Part shown: positions 1 to 13,620 of the stretch, piece by piece | Numbering within the stretch: position 1 is the stretch's first letter | How the letters are laid out: every line of letters begins with the position of its first letter | From: Octopus vulgaris | Taxonomy: Eukaryota | Direction of reading: 5' to 3' | Assembly: GCA_951406725.2 (NCBI GenBank) | Contig: OX597823.1 | Span: 100,564,001 to 100,628,000 of the forward strand | DNA length: 64,000 bases | Notes under the pieces: generated by a model | What the model was told of the DNA's origin: nothing | The model's input: the letters and a program-made list of their open reading frames with translations, nothing else | The model's database searches: none | Translations under genes and position numbers: made by a program

Positions 1-420
1 ACTCCCTTTATTCCATTCATTCCCTACATTCAACAGTCTCATATAGTAACTTTTCCAGGCTTCTTTCTTGTCCACATCATTGAGTGCAAGCATACCATTA
101 TCCATTCACACACAGTTCTCTCCTACAATATCTTGATTCTTACTGACAATTTGTCTGGCAACCCAGAATATTTCAAATCTCTCATCTTCATACTGTAGGA
201 CTTAGGCAAACTTTTCTCTTTTCTGCTTCTAGATAAACTTGACGTCTAGTCTTCTAGCCTTCTGATATGATTCTTTGCTACAAGCCCCTCTTTTCCACTC
301 TGTCTCTTTTCTTTTGTGGCCCTGTCAATGTCACTTTTCCACCACCACATCACCCTTAGTCTGGCAGAGGCTTTGCTCCAACCACAAATTCAGTCTGTTG
401 CCCATAGTAGATTGTCCTGT
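1..420 (-). mobile_element. RTE-clade LINE fragment
   Basis: Reverse complement resembles the RTE segments at 1430-1640 and 25040-25240 (RVMWWW motif region). Confidence 0.6.
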
Positions 421-1149
421 AGGATAATTAAATGTAAATACTTAAGAAACTGATTACTATTCATTTTTAAAATATGGCACATTATCATGTGATGTATGAA
501 GTATTGAGTTGTAACTCAGTCAGAGCACTACTTAAAATTCATTTGACATATTTTCAACAACTGGAAATAAATTGTACACCATTTAAACTATAGTAAAAGC
601 ATCTTTTTTATTAACATTTTATTTTATTTTCACCTCATAATTTCTTCCTAATATTAAAAAATTTTTCTCTATAGAATCTTTTCTGTTACAATTAACTCTG
701 TCTGATGTTCCTGGCTATCAGTTCCTAAAATACACTGGTCAACCATATCTATACATAACAGACATATTAGACTGTAAAATGTAGAACCTGGTGAATAATC
801 ATGTTGATTTCTAACAAAAGTATATCATCAGTATTTAGCATTTGCTTTCCATGCTTACATGGGTTGGATGATTCAACAGGAGCTGGTAAGCCAGAGGACT
901 GTGCCAAGTGCCAATATCTTCCTAAAACTACCCAGGTGCTTTTTTACATGGTACTAGTAAGGCCACCAAGTGACTTGCAAACTAAGGCTCTTCCACTGAG
1001 AAGGGGAGGGCAGAATTGAGGGGGTGGGGCTTGTGCAAGGTGATGAGAGGGACAGAAACAAGTGTCTTGCGGAACAGGAGATACATGGATACTTTGGTTG
1101 GAAAAGAGAGAAAATGGTGAAGATGTGTCAGGGCATATCCTCAAGCTGC

Positions 1150-2600
1150 TAGATGATTCTTAGAGAAGTGACACCCCATGGTTCAAATTTAGGAAGCAGA
1201 AGGTGGTATAATTGATTATATCCCTGGTGAAGAACGCCCCCCCCCACCAGTATAAGTTAGTCATCAGCAACTTTAGCAAGAAGGATTCCAAGAAGCAGAC
1301 CTGTCTAGAAAAGAAGGATTTGGAAGCTTAAGGATCCTTTAGATGGTCAAAAATTTAAGGACACCCTAATTGAGAAATTTAACAAAGAGGAGGAGGAACT
1401 ACAGATATGTAACATAGAGGATTACTGGAAGTTCCTATGAGATAGTTTGCTGAGTGCCACAAACTAAATCAGTGGCAGGTGCAAAGACTCAACCAGAGCT
1501 AGGGTGATGTGGTGGTGGAAAAGTGTTGTAGACAAGGCCATTAGCATAAAAAAAAAGGGCCTGGAAGAATGGTAGTAGCAGAAAACTATATCAGGTAGAT
1601 AGAAGGGAAGCTAAAAGACAGGTATACTTAGACAGGGGAGAAGACTGGCTGCCCTTGGGAGCTCCTCTACACTGATGACCTTGTTCTTATTGCTGAAGGA
1701 ATTTCAGGCGTGGAAGAAAGGGCTGGAATCAAAGGGCCTTAGAGTTAATTTAGCAAAGACCAAAATCCTAATAAGCAAGGAAACAAACCACAGAGCCCTT
1801 CAGGGTGATGGCTCAGCTCAATATGTAGAAAAGGTTTCAATAAAAACTCCATACAGTGTACCCAGTGTAAGCTATGGACACTGGAAGATTAACAGAGAAA
1901 GTTGTCTTTACATGTGGCAGATGTGTAGGGACATTAAACATTGGTCATGTATAGAAAATACACTCTCTCAAATGTCTGCAGGGGTCTCCTTAGAAGTAGC
2001 AGACAGTTTCTGTTATCTAGGTGACCAAATTATCAGTGGTGGTGGTGGGTGTTCCAAAAGCATAGCTGCTAGAATAAGAACAGGCTGGGAAAAGTTCAGA
2101 GAGCTGATAACTTTGTTGTTAACAAAGGGCCTCTCCCTCACACTGAAAGGCAAACTGTATGATTGTGACTACTGTGAGTATGCGAAGACTTGAAAGAAAT
2201 AAAGTCAATATGCTCGGCTGGATGGATAATATCTGTGTGCATATACAACAGAGTGTAAGTGATTTGAGATGAAAACTGGGTATACAAAGCATCAAATGTA
2301 GTGTGCACGAGAGAAGACTGTGCTGGTTTAGTCATGTGATATGGATGAATGAGGACAGCTGCATCAAAAGTGCTGATCTCTAAGTGTCCATACTGGTGCC
2401 ATGTAAATGCACTTGTGTTGGTGCTGAGTAAAAGCACCCAGTACACTCTGTAAAGTGGTTGGTGTTAGGAAGGGTATCCAGCAGAAGAAATAATGCCAAA
2501 ACAGACAGGGAGTCCAGGCAGCCCTTCTGCTGGTCAGCTTCTGTCAAACCATCCGACACATGCCAACATGGAAAACGCATGTTAAATGATAATGATGATG
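1150..2600 (+). mobile_element. Degenerate RTE-clade LINE with 3' tail
   Basis: PWELLY.DDL, LESKGLRVNLAKTK, FCYLGDQI and ARIRTGWEKFREL; ends in the GTTAAA(TGA)n tail. Confidence 0.85.
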
Positions 2601-5227
2601 AATTCCAAAATCTGATTAGAAATTTTCTTATCAACCCAGAAAGGCTAAAAAGGCAAAGATTAACTGAGCAAAACAGAACCACAAGATATAAAGGTACAAT
2701 AGCTTTCAGCTGTCTCTCCCTCTAACATTTATACCATAACCATTCACTGCTGGTTCTGCTGATACATTGCAGTCGGCTTTTCCTTGCTAGGTTATCATCT
2801 TCCACTTTGGTTAAGATATTTATAAAGTTCTACGGTGGGATAGTAACACTTGAGCAGTTCTTTGATAAGGTTTGGCTCAGGTGTATTTAGGTCACCTTCA
2901 GCCTCAAGTGAAATGGACCAGATATGTCTTACATGAACACAGGCAATACTGAGGTCACAATATGCTCCATTTCAGGTCAGTTTTAGTTTTTGTAAATGAA
3001 AGAAAGCTGTGTGTGTGTGGGAGGGAGGGAGAGAGAGAGGGAGATAGAGAAAGAGAGAGAGAGAGAGAGAGTGCATGAGCACACGTGCTTAGGTGTGTGC
3101 ATTCTGTTATCCTTTACTGTTTGTTGTCAATGGATTGTGGCTATGCTGGAGTAACACCTTCTAAAGTTAAAAAAAGAAACAACTTAGTTGATTGTCGGCA
3201 CTTTGCTTCATATTTTAATGACGTTGAAGGAGAACGAAGGGAGATAACTGTGATAAACCGAAATTAAGTATTCTTGTACAAGGCTAAGTTTTATTGTTGA
3301 CACAAGGCTATGATTCCATGCAGTGAGATCAAACTGGGGATTAATGCGACTGTGAAGTGAATCCATACAGTCATCTCTGCAGGTTGTATAAAAAAAACAA
3401 ACCAGTCAGTATGATAGAATTAGATAAAGTCCATTAATGGTAACAGTTTCACTGAGTGAAAAACCAATCAGTAACAACATTACTTTTTGTCCCACTGCAA
3501 TTGAGAAGTACTCGTTCATCATCGTTTACGTCCGCTTTCCAAGCTGGCATGGGTTGGACGGTTTGACTGAGGACTGGCGAACCAGAATCTGCACCAGGCT
3601 CCAATCTGATCTGGCAGAGTTTCTACAGTTGGATGCCCTTCCTAACACCAACCACTCCGAGAGTGTGCTTTTACATGCCACCGGCACGAGGGCCAGTCAG
3701 GCGGTACTGACAACGGCTATGCTCAAATGGTGTTTTTTACATGCCACCTGTTTATATTTTATACGACTAGCAAGCATTGGTCACCCAATGGGGCTGATTA
3801 TATCAATTATGTACCTAAAAAATTGAGGCTTGTGTAAAGACAAACAGTTTTATTATTAACAATTTATTATAATTGAACCTCGTATCTATTTTGTTGTGGA
3901 TTAAACAAAGAATCATCATCATTATCTTGTCTATACTGGCGTTTTTTTGGCAGTGGTTAGATTTATTGACTGATTTCATTGATGGTTAAAAGTCATTAGA
4001 TAATTATATAAATATTTTATTTCCTTAGTAAGGTGGTGAGCCAGTAGAATTGTTAGCATGCTGGGTAAAATGCTTAGCAGTGTTTTGTCTATCTTTATGG
4101 TCTGAGTTCAAATTCTGCCAAGGGGTGATAAAAAAAGTATCAGTTGAGCACTGGGGTTGATGTAATTGGTTTACCCCCTTCCCCGAAATTGCTGGCCTTG
4201 TGCTAAAATTGAAAACAATATTTTGTTTCCTTAGTAGTTAAGATGTTATTGTCTAAAATTTATTTTAAAAAATCCATTTCTTAATCTTTTAGTCTTTTTG
4301 CCCTTAATCCTTTACAAGGTCTTAAAGACTAGTGGGAAGGAGGGAAGAAGCTATCCTCAAATTGAAGCCCTGGCCCAAATGCTTGCAACAGAAACAGACT
4401 CTACTAAAGGTACCCAAAATGCCAGTTGGTGATGGATTAAACTAAGTGACAGATTAAGTGTATCACTTAAGCAGGCCTTGCTGGGATTTGAACTCAGAAT
4501 ACAGAGTCAAAACAAATACTTACTCCAAGATTCTTACAGTTCTATTAATCTACCACCCTGGATTGATACTTCTTTAATCAACATTCCCCCATTCTCCCAA
4601 AGGATGAAAGCAAAGTTGACTTTGGTGAGATTTGAACAGAGCACAGAGTGCCAAACCAAATGCTGTAAGGCAATTTATCTGATACTCTATGACTCTGTCA
4701 ATTGAACATCTTTGTGAAAGGTGTTGAAAACCTGTGAATGAAATAAAAGTTTGTGTGTTCAAATCTTAACCTGAAGGTGTGCAAGTGAGTGTGTGCACAC
4801 ATGGTGTTATGTTTGTGCAATGAGACTACACAGAGAAGATTGGAAAATATAAGAACTGATATGCTAACGTAAGCAGAAATATAAGAGAGGTTAATAAGTT
4901 GTTCAGTCTAACTTGTTACAGATTGATTTAATGTCTTAATAATTTTTATGTCTGCTTTCCAAGCTGACGTGGATTGGATGGTTTAATAGGATCAAACAAG
5001 TCACAGGATCATATCTTACTAGCACAAAGCATTTTACAGAGTGTACTGGGTGCTTTTTGTTTTTGTTGTACCAGCACTAGTGAGTTTGATTTGTACCTTG
5101 CAAGACTTGAAGAGCTCCTTGGGTTTGAAATGCTAATATCTATAAAGAAACTACATGTATTGGCTTTCTTGTAATTCATGGACAGCAATTGACTGAATTA
5201 TAAAAATATCAAAAAGTCGTTTCTTAC

Positions 5228-5344
5228 CAAAAGTCCCATGATGCCAGTTGCTACATAATCTGCATCAATGTATTTCACAAAGGGGCTTAATTCTTTAGTC
5301 ACAAATATAATTAACATTACACCAACTAGTCGGATAAGTTTCAC
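5228..5344 (-). CDS. OCRL: OCRL/INPP5B-like, 5-phosphatase exon (VKLIRLVGVMLIIFVTKELSPFVKYIDADYVATGIMGLL)
   Basis: RLVG.ML and TGIMG motifs; ttatttccag acceptor and TTG|gtaaga donor; 117 nt, phase 0-0. The expected next GNKGG exon was not found in 1-5227. Confidence 0.95.
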
Positions 5345-5789
5345 CTGGAAATAAAAATATCATTAGTGTTAAGTTAATTAATAGGAACCTTCATATCTAT
5401 AAATAAATTGTATTGTTTCAAGCAAATAACAAGATGAATTTCTTTCTGTTGAGCAATTCCAGTTGGGAACCAAGCTGATAGCTCTGGTGGAGTTGTATGG
5501 AAAAAAAACACCGGAGTCTGTTGAGGTTTTGATAAACAACAATTTATTGTTTTTGTACACAAAAAAAATGAATGCTGTCATTACTATGGATGACAAAATG
5601 TTGAGAGAGTTTGTGTTCTTGGTGTAGTTGTAGCAGCAGATAAAGCGTTATTAGTTGCTTGCTGGCTACTGACTTCTAATGTCGTTTGTCCTCTGTCCAT
5701 TGCCTTTGTGTTGTCAACTGCTGTCTCAGTTGGCCAACTCCTAGAGCGTCTGTCGATGCTACACCCCAAAGCTTTCTGTCTAGTAGCCG

Positions 5790-6420
5790 AGAACGAAAAG
5801 CAGATTGTACAATGCCTGTGTATGTACAGTTATGCTACATGGCAGTGAAACATGGGCTTTGACTACAGGGGATGTGCAAAAGCTTGAAAAAAGCTAGCAT
5901 GCTCCACTGGATGGATAATGTCAATATGCACACATGGCAGTGTAAATGATTTATGAGAAAAATTGGGTAAAACAGGCATCAGATGTTGTGTGCAGGAGAC
6001 AAGACAGTGCTGGCTTGGTCATGTGATGCATATGGACGAGGACAGCTTTATTAAGAAGTGCCAAGCTCTAATTGTGGAGGGAACCTATGGAAGGGGTAGA
6101 CCCAGGAAGACAGGAGACGAAGTGGTGAGAAAGGATCTTCAAACACTGGGTCTCATCAAGCTAAGGAAAACTGCTGTCCTCCATACATACAGGCTTGTCC
6201 TTTACAAGTGTTGGTGCCACATGGAATGCACTTGTATCAGTGCTGCGTAAATGCACCCAGCACACTCTGTAAAGTGGTTGACATTAGGAAGGGCATCCAG
6301 CCATAGAAACCATCACACAACAGACAATTGGAGCCTGGACAGCTCACCGGCTGACCAGCTCCTGTCAAACTGTCCAACCCATACCAACACGGAAAGCAGA
6401 CATTAAACGCTGATGATGAT
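5790..6420 (+). mobile_element. RTE LINE 3' fragment
   Basis: WLGHVMHMDE..GRGRPRKT; standard 3' UTR ending in (GAT)n. Confidence 0.85.
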
Positions 6421-6996
6421 GTTGTTGAAAGGCTGAGAAGGAAGTGCGCCAACGGAAAAGATCTTTGCTGGAGCCTATTTGATACAAAGTTGTGATTGAT
6501 CAGATTTTGTTTATCACGTGGGCAATATTCTAGTGAATTTTAATATCGAGCGATTGCTAAACATTCCTACTGCAGAATATTCTATGAACATGAGATGACT
6601 AAATATTTCTATTTGTATAATTTTATTTATTTTTAATCATTCTCTTATTTTCCTTCTGGTGAAAGAAATGTTCTTTATGGCCACAGATAAAGATGTCTGG
6701 ATTTACCCATCGTCTGTAGAGTTCTGAGATGTAATATAAGATTTTGGCAGAAAAAGAGATTGTTTTACAAAGGATTTAAACATCCTTTTTTGGGCTGGTG
6801 GGTTTTGCAGTTTGCAATATAGTTGGCTCAACCAGAAAATCTTCAAAAGCTGTGAACGTACAATAGTTAAAATTCTTGCCACAGTAATTAGAATATATGT
6901 AGAAGACTTTATCATCAGCATAAAAAAGAAATAGTTATTTAATTGTACAGCGAAATCATGTTCATTATATATACTTTCCTCTTCTTTAAACCTTAC

Positions 6997-7111
6997 CTTT
7001 TTATATTTAGCTTTAGGATGGAGGCAAGATGTTACCATTTGTAGCCACTCTCCTTCTTTGGGGGATTCACTAAAAATGAAAGCTTCTTTACTGAGATCCA
7101 GCTCTTGAAAC
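6997..7111 (-). CDS. OCRL: OCRL/INPP5B-like, 5-phosphatase exon ([38 protein letters not shown])
   Basis: FQELDLS.EAF and LH.KAKYKK motifs typical of OCRL/INPP5B; ttattag acceptor and AAG|gtaagg donor; 115 nt, phase 2 to phase 0. Confidence 0.95.
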
Positions 7112-7129
7112 CTAATAAAGAAAAGTATC

Positions 7130-7170
<41 letters not shown>

Positions 7171-7266
7171 AATAATGAAGGGTGAAATTAATTAATTTGG
7201 AATAATTATCAATTACACCAAGTAGTCTTCGGCATGTAAAAGCCTCATTCGAGGAAAATTTAAGTA

Positions 7267-7522
7267 ATACTAAGCAATAAAGGGTTCAGCAACGAATTGC
7301 CTTACCACATACCGAATTTAGAAATAGCAGTCAAAGAGTTATAGCTATTTCTTCTACTAAAAGGAGATCTCAGTAAAAACAGCAATTGGAAGGCCTTCCA
7401 ATTGCTGTTTTTACTGAGATCTCCCTTTTTAGTAGAAGAAATAGCTATAACTCTTTGACTGCTATTTCTAAATTCGGTATGTGGTAAGGCAATTCGTTGC
7501 TGAACCCTTTATTGCTTAGTAT
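7267..7522. repeat. Near-perfect spacerless palindrome (127/129-bp arms)
   Basis: Centre AGG|CCT at 7393/7394. The arms are reverse complements except for two extra bases in the right arm, and the whole insert is bracketed by (TA)n. Confidence 0.95.
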
Positions 7523-7642
7523 ATATATATATATATATATTCAATCTAAACAAGAACAAGCAAGAAAAAACAACAATACAAGGACGTGGGACAAGTACTG
7601 TGTTATTGGATGCTCAGGAAAAGAAAGAAAAGAAAGAGGATT

Positions 7643-7670
7643 CCATGTTTCGAGCAGAGCTCTTTATCAG
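7643..7670 (-). ncRNA. Degenerate minimal hammerhead motif
   Basis: Minus strand reads CUGAUAA-A-GAGC-UCU-GCUC-GAAAC-AUG; same architecture as 39602-39639 with core mutations. Confidence 0.4.
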
Positions 7671-8068
7671 ACAGAGAAAGAAAATCGCCAACGATACACA
7701 CGCAGTCACATATTGAAAATATATATTAAAGTGCAACCCAAAGTATATTATTGCTATGCACTGAAACAATAGAAAATACTGAAAGATATAATGTTCTCCG
7801 TAAAAAAAAATTTCCTATCAAGAATTTCAGTTTGTTTTATAAAAACGATGAGCTGTGTCTTAAAGGAAATCTGAGACAAAACTTGTGCTAAAATATCTTC
7901 CAAGATATTTTTATAAAAAAAAAAAAAAACTAAAAGAAAAAAAAATTCAGAATATTTTGCAGAAGGATCAGACAATCGGCTGATATTGATTCAGGTGTAT
8001 AATAAAGCTGTGAAGAAAATGAAAAGTTGGAGTCTATTTTTTTTTAACTATTAAAGGGTTTAATATGA

Positions 8069-9176
8069 TTTCAACTCTGTGCCACACAAAAGGCTTATGG
8101 TGAAACTCTCTGCAATGGGTGTGGGGGATGACCTTTTTAACTGGTTGAAATCCTTCATCCTCAGCCGAAAGGAGGTAGTCACAGTTCTAGGACAGCACTC
8201 TACACCATATGAGATGTCATCGGGTGTACCACAGGGATCTGTCCTTGGTCCCTCCTGTTTGTGGCATACATTAATGACATAGATGCCAATTTAAAGAATG
8301 CCACAGTATTGAAATATGCAGACGATATCAAGCTGTACCTTGAAATCAAGAGGACTGATCCTGATGTCTACAACTCTTTCCTGCAATCAGACCTAGACAC
8401 AATGCAGCAATGGATCACAGACTGGCAACTGAAACTGGCTGTGGACAAGTGTACCACCATGCATTTTGGGAGAAGAAACCCTGCGTCCACATACTCCCTC
8501 CACAACACTGATATCAAGAAATCCTCTTGCGAGCGTGACCTAGGCATCACTGTCAGCAGTGATTTGCGTTGGACAAAGCATATCTCTAAAATTGTCAAGA
8601 AGGCCGAGGGTGTCTTGGCATCACTCAGCAAGACTTTTGTTAGCCGCTCTCCAGCCATCTATTTAAAACTGTATACAGCTATGGTACGACCACACTTGGA
8701 ATTCGCATCATCAGTTTGGAATCCCTATCTTGCTCAGAACATTGACCTCCTGGAATCTGTCCAGAGACGTGCAACCAAACACATACCCTCTATCAGACAC
8801 CTACCATATTCTGAGCGCCTTGTTTCCCTGGGCATGGATTCACTGAAGTTCCGGCGTCTGGCGACGGACTTGGTAAACACCCACAAGGTTATCAACCACC
8901 TCACCAACAACAACACTGAACACCTTTTTGATCTCCATGTGTCTAACACACGTGGACATGCCTACAAAGTCAGAAAACAACACAGCTCCCATGACTTTCG
9001 GAAACATTTTTTCACGCTCAGGATTGCTGAAGCGTGGAATAAACTGCCTGCGTCAGTTGTTGACTGCCATGACACTGCATCCTTTAAGGCCCTCATGCTT
9101 TCCGAAATCCGCCGAAACTACACCTGATTATATATACACTTTAGATGAGTTGTAGTGCACCTGAGCACTGTACACA

Positions 9177-9203
<27 letters not shown>
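8069..9203 (+). mobile_element. 5'-truncated CR1/L2-group LINE (reverse transcriptase C-terminal half)
   Basis: SGVPQGSVLGP, then a frameshift, YADD, ERDLG, VRPHLEFASSVWNP, LESVQRRATK and TRGH; ends in an (ATT)n tail. Confidence 0.92.
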
Positions 9204-9210
<7 letters not shown>

Positions 9211-9252
9211 CAAAATTTGCTGTGGTTTTTAAGTAAAGAGTAATATACATAC

Positions 9253-9354
9253 CCAACAGCATAAATATCTGGAGGTTCGGGATCAGATGCTAACCATGTG
9301 TGGATTGAAACAGTAGGAGACTGGCCATTCACATTCCAGGTGCCACAGAAAACT
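9253..9354 (-). CDS. OCRL: OCRL/INPP5B-like, 5-phosphatase domain start ([34 protein letters not shown])
   Basis: Hallmark GTWNVNGQ and PDIY..G motifs of inositol 5-phosphatases; cttcag acceptor and GG|gtatgt donor; 102 nt, phase 2-2. Confidence 0.95.
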
Positions 9355-9751
9355 CTGAAGACAAAATAAAATACACATAAAAAAGGCAGCATCACTGATT
9401 TGACAACTAAAATAGTAATTTAGTAATGTCCCTCCTACTTTTGTAATGGCACCAGAGAGACAAACTGACACTTCATAAGATGGACAAGATAAATGAATTT
9501 CAAATTATGAAGAAAATATTTCAGGTTTTGAGACAAATAAAAAAAATTATATTCATTTGAAATATGACAACACTGGAACCATTCAAACTAGGACAGTATC
9601 TCAAGAATGTCACAGAAGATGATTTAATATTTAATATCCAATTCTAGGATTGCGGAAAACAGTTTACAACTATATATTTGGGTCTGAATTATTGGATCAA
9701 TTATTCTTACAACCAGTAGTAGTAGTCCCTTATTTTCATAATAATATTTTC

Positions 9752-9782
<31 letters not shown>

Positions 9783-10349
9783 CCTTATTGAGAATTGAAC
9801 ATAACCAATGGTTCTAAGGGCTGCAACAAATACCACAAGACATCTTGCTCAACTCTCTAACAGCTCTTCCATTTCACTCTCCTGGATTATTATGAAACCC
9901 CAAAAGGATGAACCTCAGTGGGATTTTCATTCAGAGTTCAGGGAGGTAGAACAAATACCACGAGGAATTCTATTTAACACCCTAATGCCTTTGCCAATTT
10001 ACCAACTTTCAGAATCATTCTATGTTTGTAAAATCCATAAACAAACCATCACAAGACAGCAAAGATTCTTTAGATTTTCACACCATATTGCTGAGACATT
10101 GACCAAAGGAAATAAAGACAAACTTTAAGGAGTGAGGGATCAAAAAGATTAATATAAATATCAGGGAACTCTTTAGGTTTTTTTTTAAATGGTTTATTGT
10201 GAGAGGAAGAAAGGCAGCTTTCTCCTTCAATTAGCTACAACTTAGATGTTCATCACCAGGAATCTCTGTCCCCCATTAGCTTTGGTAGATTCTCAATTTC
10301 CTTTGTGTATCTGTATCCATAATATCAATGTAGTTCAGTGGTCTTCATC

Positions 10350-10625
10350 CTGTATCAGGGGTGCAAAAGTTTCAAAAATCTAATTTTTGATATGATTTGT
10401 TGTTCAGCAGTGATTACCAAATCTTACCCTGCATTGAACAGCAAGAGTAGGGATGGTGCAAAGTGTTTAGTAACCTCCTCTTTTGTTTGTGCTCATGTCG
10501 TGAAATGCTTCAAGACCTCACAGGAAATCTGGCAAATGTACCATCAAGATGATCTTGAGACTTCTTTTTCATGGTCCAAGTTTCAGCTACAAAGAGAAGG
10601 TTTTTTTTTTTAGATACCCCAAAGA
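10350..10625 (-). mobile_element. Tc1/mariner 3' remnant
   Basis: Minus strand LWGYLKKK followed by a GG...H-type C-terminal remnant. Confidence 0.4.
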
Positions 10626-11299
10626 TTGCTAGTACCTGTGATCCTTTTTAGAGTCTCTGTGAATGGAGGGAGGATGGGAAGAAGTAATCTTCATACCAGA
10701 GACATAGTCCAAATGCTTGTTACAGAGTGAACTTTGCTATAGATACCTATGTCTCACATGTTAAACCTGGCAACAGATTAAATATATCTCCTGCCCACCC
10801 CAAAAATGGAATGGTCTCTTGATGGGCTAGTACACAGTTTCAGTCCAGGAAATTTCATTCATCCCCAAGAATATGGTAGAAGATACTTGACCTAGATGCT
10901 GTAAAATAGGACTGAACCCAAATCAAAGAGCTGTGAAGCAAACTCCTTAACCATACAACCACCATATATCTATGTCCTTATATTTAGATTTACTCAAATC
11001 ACAAACCCCTAGAACAATTATACAACTTGCTTATCCTTCAGTCAACTTTAATTCAATCATAATGAAGATCTCAAGAAAAAAGTGCCACAAATGAGCAGAG
11101 AAAGTGTAGTGCCCAGTACATGCTGTGAAATGGTTGGTGACAGGAAGGACTCATTTAAATGCCAATCTATGAGGATAGTGGCTCCCAAGAAAAAGAAAAA
11201 AAAAACTCAGACTGTGATGATCTATCTAACTCAAGTCAGCATGGGAAGCTACCATAAAAATGATGATGATGATGACTAGCATAAACTAAAATATCTTAA

Positions 11300-12100
11300 A
11301 TGAAGCTAGCATGATCTGCTGGATGTGTAATATCAGTGTGCACACATGACAGAGTGTAAGCACCCTGAGAGAAATGTTAGACATAAGAATGTGGTGTGCA
11401 AAGGAGACATTTGTGTTGGTATGGTCATGTACTGCGGATGGACAAGGAGAGCTGTGTGAAGAAGTGCCACTCCCAAACAGTGGAAAGAAATCGGGGTAGA
11501 GGGAGACCCAGGAAGACATGGGATGAGGTGGTGAAGCATGACCTTCGAACATTGGGCCTCACAGAGGCAATGACAAAAGACCGAGACCTCTGGAGGTATG
11601 CTGTGACTGAGAAGACCTGACAAATAAAGTGAGCTGTAACCTATACCAGTGTCACATAACCAGCCCACTCAAAAGTACCAGGGATCATAGGGCGACATGT
11701 ACTTGAGGAGACCTAATGGGTCAAGTACATCAACATCAGCAATATCAAAATCAAATCAAATGGAAATTGTAGTTGTGAGCCCCGTGCCAGTAGCACATAA
11801 AAAGCACCATTCGAACATGGCCGATGCCAGTGCTGCCTTGACTGGCTTTCGTGCTGGTGGCACGTAAAAAGCACCATCCAATTGTGGCTGATGCCAGCTC
11901 CTCTGGCCCCTTGTGCCAGTGGCATGTAAAAAGCACCCACTACACTCTCGGAGTGGTTGGCATTAGGAAGGGCATCCAGCTGTAGCAACACTGCCAGATC
12001 AGATTGGGGCCTGGTGTAGCCTCCTGGCTTCCCAGACCCCAATCGAACCGTCCAACCCATGCCAGTATAGAAAATGGACGTTAAATGATGATGACGATGA
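11300..12100 (+). mobile_element. RTE LINE 3' fragment with long 3' UTR
   Basis: WYGHVLRMD..GRGRPRKTWDEVV; the UTR ends GGACGTTAAATGATGATG. Confidence 0.85.
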
Positions 12101-12554
12101 AAGAAGTCTGAAGGATTTGTTAATTTATCATCATATTCCGTAGCAAATGAAAGAAAAATTTTCTCCCAAATATGGTTGTAAGACAACTAAATGTTAAGAA
12201 CCTGAAATTAATTACAGCAAATATCCCATTATCTTAATCCAAAGATTAAGCAGATAAGTCATAGATTAAAGGATTCAATACCAACCACTTCACATTGTGT
12301 ACTGGAACCTTTTAACATGACACCATCACTAGCATCAGTGTCTTGTCCCCTGCAAGACTTCTCCTTTCTATACAATGTTGTTTCTGTTTATTCATTTGCT
12401 TGCAGCAGAGGGTTATCTCATCCACTGAAGGGAGTGATGAAAGAAGACCAGAACAAGAAGGTCCTCATAGATGGGAAAATAATGGTAGTGTGTCAGAGTG
12501 ATACGATTAATAGAGGATGCAAAAAAAATGAGTTGTGCTGACCAAAAAACTTAC

Positions 12555-12674
12555 TTGACTTTTTGTATGTTTGTATATTCATCTTCACAATCCATCATCA
12601 AGTGACTCACCATATTTTCTCTCGGGGTCAACTTTTGTGAGTAACTATCCATGGTGTCGTTCTTGAAGGTATCA
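12555..12674 (-). CDS. OCRL: OCRL/INPP5B-like exon (DTFKNDTMDSYSQKLTPRENMVSHLMMDCEDEYTNIQKV)
   Basis: Acceptor tttttatcttcag and donor AA|gtaagt; 120 nt, phase 2-2. The RE...E.EY.NIQ pattern precedes the OCRL/INPP5B catalytic domain. Confidence 0.88.
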
Positions 12675-12829
12675 CTGAAGATAAAAAGACAAAAAAATAC
12701 TGAAATATTTCAAAAGACAAACTTGTATGTTTGTTAATATTGTTGCTGTTGTTGTTGTGTAACCCAGGGTTGGTCCTGAGTAGTGCACAAGCAGTTGGTT
12801 AAACCACATGACACAATCCAGATACATCT

Positions 12830-13620
12830 CTCTAGTAATACCACGTCTGTGAGTAATGGAGAATCATTCTGCAAACCCAACATGCATTAACGAGTAACAT
12901 GGGGTGCAATGCAACAGTCTGGACATATTGGAGTCTCTCCAATCTCCAGTCTGTTCCTGTGTAATTGTAGATTCCAGTGCTGACCAGTATGGAGGAAGGC
13001 AGAACTGTGCCCAAACACCAGCATGATGTTAGAGCACAGTGAAGCAACTGATGGAGCAATTTTCTCTTGCTTATCAATATTTGGGCTGAGGTGGAGAGAT
13101 AACATTTTTAGGATGTTGTTGTAATAATGCTCTAGGGTGTTATACATATCTATGGGGGTGTGACATTATTTGTCATGTAGCAACAGAGACTTTGGAGGTG
13201 GAATCTTGGTGTGGCATCAAAGTGTGCTCTTATATTTCGGGTGTTCAGGTGGTCTTATATTTTTTATACTTTTGTTTCATTATGTGAGTGGTCTATAAAT
13301 GTGATCTGCATACCATTTGTTATAATGTAAAATGTATTTGTTGTGAGTTTATTGCAGTTTGTTGTGGGAAGATCAGAGGTCCACACAGAAGTGAAAGAGT
13401 CCATGATGGATCTAATGAAGTGTTTGTAAAATACTGTCATTGTTTCTTTCTGTTGGTTAAACACCACACTGTGGTTTCTTTAAATATGCTTGTGCATTGT
13501 TTTGCTTTCATTACCATGTCTTCCAGGTGTGCTGTCTGTGGTTGAACACAAGAACTGGTTCTACTTGATGTTCTTTGATATTGCTGGTGTGAAAGGGGGA
13601 GGCAGTGGATGGGGTTGGAG
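12830..13620 (-). mobile_element. Degenerate I-group-like LINE 3' part
   Basis: YKHFIRSIMD..SVW motif and a C-terminal CPDC...H zinc-knuckle remnant. Confidence 0.55.

Noticed and set aside
1-5227. Expected next OCRL exon starting GNKGG
   Set aside because: No matching codons with splice sites were found; it probably lies beyond the window start.
7215-7256. Minus-strand CGAAUGA-GGC...GCC-GAAGAC hammerhead-like motif
   Set aside because: Core deviates at several invariant positions and there is no convincing stem I or III.
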